DNA of 29,327 bases, from the IMG/VR virus record IMGVR_UViG_3300031879_000014, positions 1 through 29,327 of that record; one strand, written 5' to 3'. The position numbers and the translations under genes are program-made. This document shows positions 1-10,800 of this stretch, in pieces. The DNA comes from a virus (Duplodnaviria > Caudoviricetes). Each line of letters starts with the position of its first letter. Position 1 is the first letter of the stretch. Under the pieces are notes generated by a model that saw nothing but the letters and a program-made list of their open reading frames with translations, searched no databases and had not been told where the DNA came from.

Positions 1-2203
1 GAATGATGTTGTAGAAGTAATAGTTCAGTGAATTAGCAATGCTGCCAACAAGATTAGGTGATTGGTTCCACAGATCCATCTTGCCTGAAACCGTATTGAA
101 CTTGTATATGTTGATCCATAGACCCGTGATTGATCCGGTATAACCAGTAGACTTCCAAGCAACAGCTTGCTTATTCGGCCATAGTGTCATTGGCGTATTC
201 GGATTGGCTCCGGTTGGAGTCCGAATAAATCCAATAATGCTATTGCCTTGTGTAACATTCAATACCGGCAATGTAGCGCCAGACAGCATAGCAAGATCAA
301 ACGTTGCGTCTCCGGTAGGCGCAACGGCATGTGAAACAGACCTAGTTGCAGCCATAGCCGCTAGAGTTTGGCTATTAGACGTAGTGGTCCCTGCGACCGA
401 AGTCAACGGCGGATTGTTAGGTGTATAACCATAAAGCTGATTTGCCATGCCGCTTAAGAAGTTTGCTACACCAGCAAGTGTGTTGCCGGTTACCGGATTG
501 TTCGTCAATCCCTGTAACACACTGTCGGCTAAGCCTTGCAGCGGTCCTGTTCCGGTGCTGCCTGGTGACCCGGCTAAGTTTCCGAATGGGAATTGCTGCA
601 GCGCACCTTGAATATCGGTAAGTGGTTGACCTGTATTCTGATTGGAAGCACCGAAGATTTGATCGGCAATAATTTGCTCATTGGCGGTAATGCCGTTGAT
701 AAGACTACCGGCGACAGTGCCAGTCCAACCACTCGTTAGACTTGGAATAAGAGATTGGTTAAAAAGACCACTAGTGATCTTGGAAGCGTCCAGGCTTGGA
801 ACAACACCAGATGAAATCGCCGTGGCAATATTCGGGCCGGGAATATTTTCCAGTGCCGTCGTGACGCCACTGGTGCCTGAGCCGGTTCCACCCAAGCCAG
901 TAATGATTGCGGAGATAAGACCTCCGACACCGGGGATTCCGGCGAGCAGGGTTTGCAGGTCAGAAAACCCAAGTCCCGTCGTGCCCCCGAATCCCTGTGA
1001 TATAGCATCGATTAACGGCTGAAGCACAGTAGAAATAAACGTACCTGTAGTAATCTTAGAAGCATCTAAGCTTGGAATCTGCGATGCAATAAGAGTTCCG
1101 ACAATATTCGAAGCATTAACAAGAATCGCCCCAGTAGGATTCAAATAATCATTAATAAAACTATCAACTACTGGCCCAGCATCCCAACCTGTCGGTGCAT
1201 CCCCAAATCCAAAAAGAGACAAGATACCCAGAATATCATCAATATACGGATTCAAAGCATCTACAACATAACCAATTTGATCAACAATCGGATTCAAAGC
1301 ATTGACCACTACAACAATGATATCAAGTATCGGCATGAGAGCAGAGATTAAATCGCCTAGTACTTCAATCTCTGGCTTAAGAATTCCACCAGCAATTTCA
1401 ACTGTATCGGTCAACAACGGTGCAAGTGCGGTAATCACTGACGCAATCAAGTCAATGAAAGGCACTCCCCACAAAAGAATTTTATGTAAAATGGATGAGA
1501 AATCCGGCAGTTCAATACCATCAAGAGCTTCTGCTAATGAATTTAAAATTGGTGCCATTGGGCCGAAATAACTTGTGACACCAGAGCCGTTACCAGGATC
1601 AGTAATGGCAAATGCGCTAAGAAGTGCATCGACAGCTGCTGCAATAGGGTCAAGCAAATCCCTGATATCGCTGATGACTACGGCTAACTGCTCTGCGGCC
1701 TGCCCGACAACTGGTACGTCTCCCAGAAAGGTGAGCATGGTGGCGATAACGCCATCAACAATCAGATCGATAACCTGTTGGAAGTTATCAACCGGGAAAA
1801 TATACTCAGAGAAAAAGTGCCATGCCGCATCAAAAAGATTGATTGGCAAAGGAATTCCATCGACAGATACAAATCCGAACAGTGCGCCAATCATCTGAAT
1901 GACATATTTCAAGTCACCAAAATCAATGCCACTGTTTCCGAATGAACCTCCACCCAGCAAGACGATAATATCATTAATTATCGACTGAATCTGTTGAATA
2001 AAGTTTTCGTTGGCTTGATCAATGCCTCGTTGCATCTTACGCATATATGCAGCCATATATGTACTATCAGATGCAAGCTTGCCTAAGAACCGTGCTTGGT
2101 CATCATAGATTTTGGAGTAAGACTCCATTGTAATTGTGCCAAGCGCACGACTTTCCGGTGACTCATAATGTAATGAGCCATACTGTCCAGCAGGACTACC
2201 CAT
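1..2203 (-). CDS. Minor tail protein, 3' end truncated by the window edge (not in the ORF track)
   Basis: ATG at 2203 overlaps the upstream stop (TAATG). I read an open frame to position 1 (MGSPAGQYGSLHYESPESRALG...NYYFYNII). Contains two PSLDASKIT repeats (about 1050-1079 and 774-803) typical of actinophage minor tail proteins; lies after the Dit/Tal-like genes. Confidence 0.8.
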   Translation of the reverse strand, partial: MGSPAGQYGSLHYESPESRALGTITMESYSKIYDDQARFLGKLASDSTYMAAYMRKMQRGIDQANENFIQQIQSIINDIIVLLGGGSFGNSGIDFGDLKYVIQMIGALFGFVSVDGIPLPINLFDAAWHFFSEYIFPVDNFQQVIDLIVDGVIATMLTFLGDVPVVGQAAEQLAVVISDIRDLLDPIAAAVDALLSAFAITDPGNGSGVTSYFGPMAPILNSLAEALDGIELPDFSSILHKILLWGVPFIDLIASVITALAPLLTDTVEIAGGILKPEIEVLGDLISALMPILDIIVVVVNALNPIVDQIGYVVDALNPYIDDILGILSLFGFGDAPTGWDAGPVVDSFINDYLNPTGAILVNASNIVGTLIASQIPSLDASKITTGTFISTVLQPLIDAISQGFGGTTGLGFSDLQTLLAGIPGVGGLISAIITGLGGTGSGTSGVTTALENIPGPNIATAISSGVVPSLDASKITSGLFNQSLIPSLTSGWTGTVAGSLINGITANEQIIADQIFGASNQNTGQPLTDIQGALQQFPFGNLAGSPGSTGTGPLQGLADSVLQGLTNNPVTGNTLAGVANFLSGMANQLYGYTPNNPPLTSVAGTTTSNSQTLAAMAATRSVSHAVAPTGDATFDLAMLSGATLPVLNVTQGNSIIGFIRTPTGANPNTPMTLWPNKQAVAWKSTGYTGSITGLWINIYKFNTVSGKMDLWNQSPNLVGSIANSLNYYFYNII

Positions 2204-3942
2204 TAGCTCACCGTCTGCAATTCATCGCCCATTGTATAGACACGACAAAATGTCCAAAAAGCTGTTCCATGTGTAACTGTGGAATTGACTGTCAACTGTA
2301 GCGCGACTTCATTAATCCCACTTGGTACAAGCCAATCCATTGTTCGTAACATTGTCCAACCAGCCGCCCCAACAGGATCAATTACATGACCGAAATCATA
2401 TGGACCCGCAACCGAACCACCGTTCAAATAAGTATATCCTTCTAGAATAAATCCTGGTGTACCACTTGGAGTTCCAGAAAGAACGTTCTCGTATTGCACT
2501 ACAGCGCAAATAGTCAAATGCTCACCAGGAGTGACATAGCATCGATTTGAAAGAAATCCTTCGCCATGATCATCACAGTCAATTCGAACTGATCCAGCAT
2601 CAGGCGCATATGGCGTATCATAAGTAACATCTGCAACCCGAATCCATTGGCCACGAGTAGGTACCCACCCTTGTAAACTATGACCAAAGTAACCGTTAGT
2701 AATACGATTAGGATCGGTCACAGGTTGTGATGCATAATCAGGATTGTAACTAATTGGATCATAATCAAATGCACCTTCGATTTTTAAATCCAATTTAACC
2801 AATCCTGCCGGGACTCCTGCTGACCCGCCAGAGCCTTGTTTCCCGCCACCTTGCGACGAATCTTGTTCTGTGTAAGTGATTCCAATGATGCGATGCCAAC
2901 CTTCAATTGTCCCAACCCAAGGATAATTTGTAGCTGAAACCCAAATGCTATCTCCAAGACCAAAACTCCCCAATGGCGCGGAAGGATGGTTAGGGTCGAT
3001 CAAAATCTCTTTGAAACTGTTAGGAATATTGCGACGAGTCAACTTGCGATGTGCCCATGCTGCTGCACGCTCTGTCGAATCGATCTGAGCGTTCTCTTCC
3101 ATAACGGTACGCCGATAGCGAGTAGGATCGGCATTAGTAACTTCGGCTGAGTAAACCTGTCCCGGTAGCCAACCACGAATGATCACATCTGAAACAGGTT
3201 GAATCTCACGTTCGTCGGCTTGCTTCGCCTGAATTACATTCTCGCCCAATCGAAATGAAAGATAGTTCTGCTGATATCCACCGCGAGGATACCCAAGATG
3301 AAGTTTCTTGGTGAAGACAGTTCGATCACTGTTCCATTCACCCTCTTCAATCATGTCGAAAGGAATATCACGGGCAAGTCCAGCCATAACATCTTGGCAA
3401 TCGTTAAAGTCTACTGATCGATAAAAGACCGCAAAGAAATCGAAATTAAGAACGCTGCCGTCAAAGCTATAGCCAGGAAGCATCTGCGTCCCACTGCTGG
3501 CGGGATAAACATCGACCTCAAGGTTGGCATTGCTGAACGATGATAAATGCGCCCAAATTCTCTGCACAATCTCAAATGGATCGACCGCAATTGGATTGAA
3601 ATTGATAAGAAGAGGAATGCCTTTAGCATATCCAATGATTCCGGTTGTCGTGATTTTATTGTCTCCCGTGGTGGGATCAACTGTCTGGTCAGTGACAATC
3701 CCAACTGCAAAAACTTTTCTTGCGCCGTCTATCTCGATTTCGGCAATAACTACCTGACCCCAAGTCTGCCAATTGATTCCATAACTCGACGCAAAAAACT
3801 CGCCTTGCGGGATAACAAATTCCATTGAACTTGGAGCAGATAGATTGATAGCAATTTGTGGGTCTTTGACAACCAAGTCACGAGAAAGAATTACATCAGT
3901 GTTGGCTTGCAAAACTGTGAAGCGCATACGGTCTGTTATCAT
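2203..3942 (-). CDS. Minor tail/baseplate hub (Tal-like) protein with C-terminal carbohydrate-binding-like domain, 579 aa
   Basis: Second gene after the tape measure. GSFGLGDSIWV...HRIIGI resembles the hub fold; C-terminal PNRITNGYF..LQGW resembles the start of a CBM4/9-like jelly roll. Confidence 0.7.
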   Translation of the reverse strand: MITDRMRFTVLQANTDVILSRDLVVKDPQIAINLSAPSSMEFVIPQGEFFASSYGINWQTWGQVVIAEIEIDGARKVFAVGIVTDQTVDPTTGDNKITTTGIIGYAKGIPLLINFNPIAVDPFEIVQRIWAHLSSFSNANLEVDVYPASSGTQMLPGYSFDGSVLNFDFFAVFYRSVDFNDCQDVMAGLARDIPFDMIEEGEWNSDRTVFTKKLHLGYPRGGYQQNYLSFRLGENVIQAKQADEREIQPVSDVIIRGWLPGQVYSAEVTNADPTRYRRTVMEENAQIDSTERAAAWAHRKLTRRNIPNSFKEILIDPNHPSAPLGSFGLGDSIWVSATNYPWVGTIEGWHRIIGITYTEQDSSQGGGKQGSGGSAGVPAGLVKLDLKIEGAFDYDPISYNPDYASQPVTDPNRITNGYFGHSLQGWVPTRGQWIRVADVTYDTPYAPDAGSVRIDCDDHGEGFLSNRCYVTPGEHLTICAVVQYENVLSGTPSGTPGFILEGYTYLNGGSVAGPYDFGHVIDPVGAAGWTMLRTMDWLVPSGINEVALQLTVNSTVTHGTAFWTFCRVYTMGDELQTVS

Positions 3943-3943
3943 A

Positions 3944-4858
3944 TCAACCTACTATCTGATATGCGTCACGGAAAAGTAAAACTGCATCAGTAGCAGATGT
4001 CATTGAGGCAGCCGTAAATAAAACCTCTAAATCTGCATCATGGCCAAAACGTAACCGATCAAGATATGGCGTATCGCCAGATAGTGAGGTTGTAAGATTC
4101 AACCCGGTAGAAGAGACACACCGTCGTGGCCCCCAAGGATAAGAATTAAGTTCAACAATTTCACCGGCAGCTAAAGTATGGTCAACTGTAATTGTTAACG
4201 GAGTCGATTGTATCACGCCATTAAGATATAAACCTGTGAAAGTAAATGAAGGATTAGTGCATGGGCCTACTACTAAAATTCGGAACCACGACGGTCCATC
4301 GCCCTGAGTACCATTAATAACGACATCAGGAATTGCCTGGGTCATAGCAATTCCGGTTTCTTTAACAGAATAGCCAAATGCATCAGAACGTCGAAACTCT
4401 GCTACGCACTGAATCGCCTCAGTGTAGTCTGTCTTTTTAGCATAGGTGAATTGTCCTGGCCGACCATAGATTGCACGGGTGATGCCATCCGTACCACAGC
4501 AATACAACGGCTCTAATTGACCCCATTGATTTCTGATATTATCAGAACGCCATACCTTTTGAAAATCAGCAACCGTTGGCATCTCATCCCAAAAGTTAGG
4601 AATGTAATCTTCATAGGGATGCAATAGTCGATTGATAAGTACATTAAAAGTTATCTCAATTGTGGTCGGTTTATGAGAATCCCAGCCAAATCGAGTTTCA
4701 TCAGAGCGAGTGACCTGATAATCCTGAGCGTTGATGTCATACGGTTTGATATCAAATGTCTCAACCCGAACTGTCGTTCCTTTACCGAATACCATATTCC
4801 CAATTTGGTACTGTCCTGAAATCAGGTTATAGATAACACCTGGAATGCCCCCGGTCAT
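3944..4858 (-). CDS. Distal tail protein (Dit-like), 304 aa
   Basis: Immediately follows the tape measure with an ATGA overlap. Size and motifs (RAIYGRPGQF, GPCTNP) fit actinophage Dit-type minor tail proteins. Confidence 0.7.
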   Translation of the reverse strand: MTGGIPGVIYNLISGQYQIGNMVFGKGTTVRVETFDIKPYDINAQDYQVTRSDETRFGWDSHKPTTIEITFNVLINRLLHPYEDYIPNFWDEMPTVADFQKVWRSDNIRNQWGQLEPLYCCGTDGITRAIYGRPGQFTYAKKTDYTEAIQCVAEFRRSDAFGYSVKETGIAMTQAIPDVVINGTQGDGPSWFRILVVGPCTNPSFTFTGLYLNGVIQSTPLTITVDHTLAAGEIVELNSYPWGPRRCVSSTGLNLTTSLSGDTPYLDRLRFGHDADLEVLFTAASMTSATDAVLLFRDAYQIVG

Positions 4859-7800
4859 TGTGCCGTCACCGTATTCATCTGAGAAGTCTTAACCTGGTAC
4901 ATCATCTGTCGTGTACTGTCTCGCGGGTCTTGCCCCGGTCCTGCATAGTAGTTTAGCTGACCAATGGTTTGATTGTTAGCTTGTGGATTGAGAACTTGGC
5001 CTGGCACCGGCAAAGCATTTCTTTTCAGAGGATTGTCTGTTGAATAAGAAATCAATTGACCTGTATTCTGATCTAAAAGGAACTTCACATTGCCCATAAG
5101 TCCTGCTGGCCCACCGGCCAAGAATCCCAAGAATTGCCCAAAATACGATCCGAAAATATGCCAGGATTCAATCCCAATACTGATTGCAGCATTGATTCCC
5201 TGGATCACCCCGGCTATCACCTGAGCAATAGCCTGTACGGCTTGCAGTGCGGCTCCTGCTGAACCGGCTCCCGGCATACCGCTTGCCCCACCGGCAGCAG
5301 ACATAATCCCACCGATCTGACCGGCGATGTCTCCGACCGTGTTAGCGATCTTTGCTGCAAACTCAAGGTATTTTTGGAAGTTTTGAATAATCCCAATAAC
5401 ATCCTCAGTGCTGGCGGGACCACGAACAAGAGTGTCAGCAATGTTCTTTGTTGCGCCAATCACTTCCACGAATGATTGGAAATCTCCAATAACATCGCTT
5501 GCGATACCACCGACCCCACTAGCGATGGAGGCAAAGGTATCCAGACCAGACGGCGCTTCTTTCAACCCCCACTGCTCTTGAATAGCAGAATGAACTTGGC
5601 TTAGTTGATCAGCCATCATTTTGCCTTGCGGCGTTTGCAGTTCGTTCTGCCGGGTTATTTCAGCGTCGATAGCTTGAAGAGCCGTTACAGCATCCGCTTG
5701 ACTGCTGATAGATCGCGGAACACCGATATCTTGCAAAGCCTGTTGAACTTGTGTCTGGGTATCTAAATTCCCAAGTTGCCCTGTATCTGGCGTAGTAACA
5801 TGAAGTGGATCGTTTGCCGAACCGTCTGGCGCTGCTGGCCCTGCTGCTGCTGGTGGTGCAGCGGGTGGTGCGCCTCCAAGTGGAGTAAAAGCCCCTTCAC
5901 CATGCGGACCAGTTCCACCCCATGTTCCTATTTTATTACCACCTGTAATTGCATCCCAGACGTCACCGTTACTATCAATCCAACCAACAACATTCAGTTC
6001 TTTTGGTAATCCCGTACGCGGTCCAGTTGCCGGTGGTTTGGGCGGTGCAGGTGGCGCTCCTGCTGGTGGTGGTGGCGCTCCTGCTGGTGGTGGTGCAACA
6101 GGCTGTCCATGTTTCGCCTCTGCTGGCCCATAAACTTCTATGCCTTGTGTATTATACCAATGCATCTTCCCGTCAGGCCCAGTTAGTAATTCCATTCCAT
6201 TTGGAGCGCCTGGCCTTGCTTTTGGATTAGTTGTTGGTGCGCCTGGTGGTGGTGGTGGTGCCGGTGCCGGTGGAGGAGGGGGGGGCGGTCCAGCGGGTGC
6301 AGCGGGCAAAGGAATTGAACCCAACGGAACAATATTGCCAGTTCTACCAGGCTGATAAAAAATGTGAACGTGATCGAGATGAGGGTTATCACCAGTATAA
6401 GGTCTTCCAGCAGCCCCATGTTCGTATCCATATACTTGCCTATTAAAAATGGCTCCATAGACATTTGGATCTCTAAGTGCTTGCGCTAATACTTTATTGC
6501 CTTCTTCAATAGAATTAACCATAACGTCAATCGCGCCATGTTGATGTTCGCCAAATTGGTCTGCGGCATGGTCGCCAACTTGAAATCCCAACTTTGTCCA
6601 AAACGGCATCATTACGTTATGAGCAAAAGTACGTGCATCTTCACCGGGTTGCCCAGGAACACCCGTTGGCGGGTAAGCCCCAGCCATTGCTGCTGAATAG
6701 ATGAGGCCAGTAGTCCCGCCAGGGTGTGCAGCCACATAGGGATTAGCCCACTGACCGTAAAGATTACCCCTATTCCGGTTATAGTTTTCTTGAGCCATTC
6801 GCGCTTGGACTTCGGCGGGTGCAGTGCCAGGATTCTTGCCAACCCATTCTGGCGCAATGGATTTTGCGATAGAATCCCAAGTGCTTTGTGCGAATTGAAA
6901 TAGACCGAAATGAGTAGGATTTTCCTGTGGATTGAGCCTACCACCCGATTCAGCTTGTATGACCCCTTCCCACCAGGGATCGCGAGAGTGCCAATTGCCA
7001 GCGGAGTCCTGGTAAAGGTTTGCACCACCACCCCCTCCACCGGGAGCGCCCCCACCTTGCGGATTCCAACCGCCAGGCGACCAAGGAAGTACCCTACTAT
7101 TTGGCGGCAATCGTAAAGGATCAGGAACATAACGCTTCGGGAAAATCTTTCCACCTGAAAGAAGATTTAAAGCTTTACCGGCTTCGATAAAAGTTGAGGT
7201 CATCTGTTTTGCGAAGTCAACTATATGACCGATAAGACTACCTATATCAGATAGTTGTTTGAAAGCATCAGTTGACTTGTCTTTCATTCCGGTGACGGCA
7301 CCATAAGCAACGTCTTTTGCCGCGTTTTTGACGATACCGGCACCGGAGTTAATGCCACCGGCCCAATCCGTTGTGAAGCTCTGACCACGATAATACGTCC
7401 AGCCGGTCCCGCTCAGAGGACCGTATTTTGCTGGCGATGAACCTAAACCATCACCGGCAGTTTGCGCCAGAGCAATGATAGCCTTTTTGACATCATCATT
7501 ACCGGACATGATACCGGCGGCAAAAGCTTGGGAAAGACTTATTCCCTGCTCATGGGCTTTGTCGATATATGGCTGTAAGGTAGCTTGTAAATCAGGATGC
7601 TTTGCCAACAAATCGGTTATTTGCTGATCCGAAAGATTTTGTAAACGAGCGAATTGTGTTGCTGCTGGTCCGATTAATCCTGGTATATCTTCTCCGCGCG
7701 CCGGAACTTTGAGCGGCCCCGGTGGTAATTGCCCCGCTGGTGGTGGTTGTGGCCCTCCTGCTGGTGGTGGTGGGGCATTCGGGTGTGGTGCATTCGGAGT

Positions 7801-10800
7801 CCCAGGAGGCCACCAATATTGTTGCGGCACAACATCTATAACACTTGGAATATGAAGTTTACCGTCAGGACCAAGAAGATTATTAATGATATCTTGAGAC
7901 TGTGTAAGTAGAGCCAGTTCAACTTGAAGCTTTACAGGGTCTTTAATTATAGCTTTCAATGCTTCTTGCGGATCTTGCGCTTTAATAGCGTTTACCATCG
8001 CATCTTTGGGGAAGTAAGTATCGATAATCTTCTGTTGAATATTGGGATCAACAATTCCGAACTGAGTCAACAGTCGCTTTATGGCTTCTGTCGTGTGAGC
8101 AAATGCCTCTTCCGGCGAAGCACGACCGGACTCAACCAAAGCAACATTATCTTGACGTAACTGTTCTAATGTAGCTGAAAGTGTACGACCATTCTTAGAA
8201 CTAAGATCAAGCTTGCCGCTTTGTTGAACAAGCGCATTTCCTGTCGTATCCAGCATATCGACAAGCTTGGACATTGGGCCGATAGCGTTATCAATGTCTT
8301 CGTTATATTTTGACAAGGCTGAATCATCAGGAACCTTGCCAAGTTTTTTCAGTGACTCAATAAACGTTGTTGCTTTATCATCAGCAGATGCCATCGAATC
8401 ATGTAGTTTGTCAATAGCATCTGCGAACGATTTGACCTGAGCGCCACCATTTTCGAACTGTTGGCGAAGTTGTTTAACCGTATCAATAAGAGCCGGTGCG
8501 GCTTTTTTCTCCTCAAGTGTCTTCAAGAACTTGCGGTAAGTATCAGAACTACCTGTAATTGCATCGTTGGCCTGATCGGCTTCGATTTGAATATGAGCGA
8601 GTGCTTGAGCAAGAGTATGTGCGCCTTCGCCATAAGCCGCTGCCGCCGCTTGGGCCTCTGTCATCGCGACAGTAGTTTTCTTGGTAGAATCCGTTGTAGC
8701 TTTGGCCTGTTCTTCTGCCTCTTTGTATTTATTACGAAGTGTCTCTAGCATTTCAGCAAGAGCTTTACCACCCTCGCCCTGTTGTTTCAGACTGTCGGTA
8801 AATTTGTTAAAATCTGCATCAGACCCTTGAACAATATGTGCAAGTTCACCAGTTGAAAGCCCAAGCTTTGTAATTTCTTCTCTGGCAGCTTTTGCTTTGG
8901 CCGCACGATCCTGCCATGCATTGATATCTTTTGGATCATGGAACCACTCAAGAAGAGGACTATTTTGATCCTTTTCGGATAAGCCACCAGCAGTTTTAAA
9001 GAACCCAACAACGTGATCCCACCAAGACGGCAGATTATTTGCGGTCTGATCTAGCTCCTGTTCCATTAAACTGAGTTGGGCTTTAATGGCAGTAAAAATG
9101 TTTTCCCCTGAATTGATAGTATCAGCAGAAATAGCCTCTTTAATACTGCCTTGGAACTCAACAAGACTACGACTATATTGTTCTTGCGCTTGTTTGGACT
9201 GAGCAATAGCATCATCATATTGAGAAAAGGCTAAAATTGCACCACCAATAACAAGAGCAATCAAAGCAATCTTACTGGCGAATGCCGCCACAGCATCACC
9301 GGCAAGCATTAGTTTTGCAGACGCAGCTTGCCCTACAGTTCCCAGTCTTTCGAGTGCAGCGGCAGCACTGACAACTATTCCATCAATGCCCCTGAAAAAA
9401 TTAAACGCACCAACGGCTATTCTTACAGCATCTCCAATTGGGCCTAAAGCAAGTTTGACAAGTTTAAATGCTCCGACAATACCAAGAATTGTACCAAGTA
9501 CAGCCCCACCACCCGTTGCATTGATAATTGCAAAAAATACATTGAGAACGTGAGAAGCCAGTGTTAATGCCGGAATAAGTGACCCGCTTAACGCCCCAAC
9601 AAATTGAGCAAGAAATTCTACTACTTTGCCAAAAGCGGGAGCCATTTCTTTAAGAGCATTTGTAAGTTGTTTGATATTGTCTGTTCCGACACCTTTAACA
9701 GATTCAGCAATATCATGCAACACACCACTAGCCGCTGAACGATGAACTGCTTCGTTAAACCTCTTCATATCGTCGGCGAAGTTCTTCAAAAAGTTATCGC
9801 CAGTCCCGGTCTTGAACAGAGTCAGTAATTGCCAAACGGCTTGAACTACATTCTTTGTTCCGATCCACAGTTCTTTAACCGCGATAACAGAACGATCCAT
9901 CCATTCTCGCATTTGCCCGGTTTCGCGAGCACGCGCAGCCCAATCGGCAAAACCCTGTGCAATGCTTGGAAGATATCGCTCAGCCAAATCTTTAATGAAT
10001 TCAGTACCGACAATACCGATATCGCGAAATGCTTGTGAAATCGGAGCTACTGTACGAGCAACAGCATTAAGAGTTCTAGCCGTATTAGAGAATAATTCGT
10101 TTGTGTCCTGAATGGTTTGAGCTTGTAATAAAAATCCAACAAACTCATCCTTGATATTTTTAAACGATTGAGAGACACGAGTCCCACCGTTATACATTGC
10201 CGGAAAATAGGTATCTGCAATCTTTTCTATTTGATCGCCCATTCCAGCGGTAAATGTAGCAGTAAACTGATTGCCCAAATCTTTCAGTTTTGGGGTAAGT
10301 CGTACAAGTTGGTCGCCAAGAGGACGAAGATAATTCGGCATCTTATTCAAGTCTTGGGTGACCTTTTGAAAATCACCGCTCATCGCATCTTTGAAAAGAG
10401 TGCCAAATGAATTTTTCAGCGTTAAAAGAATCCCAACCAAAGGAACTACCGAAGCGCCAATCATGGCGAATATACCTGGAATAACCAGGAATGCACCAGA
10501 TAAATCTTTAAGACCTTGCAATAATCCGACAAGTAAGTTTGACGTAAAACGCAGTGATGCAGCCAACCCCTCAACGATGGCCGGTCCCATCAACGCAATC
10601 GCACCGACAACGGCTTTGATCCAACCTGGCAGTTCCTTGAATAATCCAAGCAAACCTGAAACACGACCCATAAGGCTTTGAATCCCACCACGCATCACGT
10701 TCCAGCCGATAATCGATTGGCCTATACTACCGGCTAATTTTCCAATACCGCCGTTTAAATTATTAAAGTGACCGGCAAGAGGCCCGAGTATCCCAGCAAA

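Noticed and set aside
204-1898. Several plus-strand ORFs of 66-113 aa
   Set aside because: Antisense shadows of the continuous minus-strand minor tail gene (1-2203); no independent signals.
6245-6290. G8 run and GGT repeats as a phase-variation tract or G-quadruplex
   Set aside because: Fully explained by poly-Pro codons in an essential gene.
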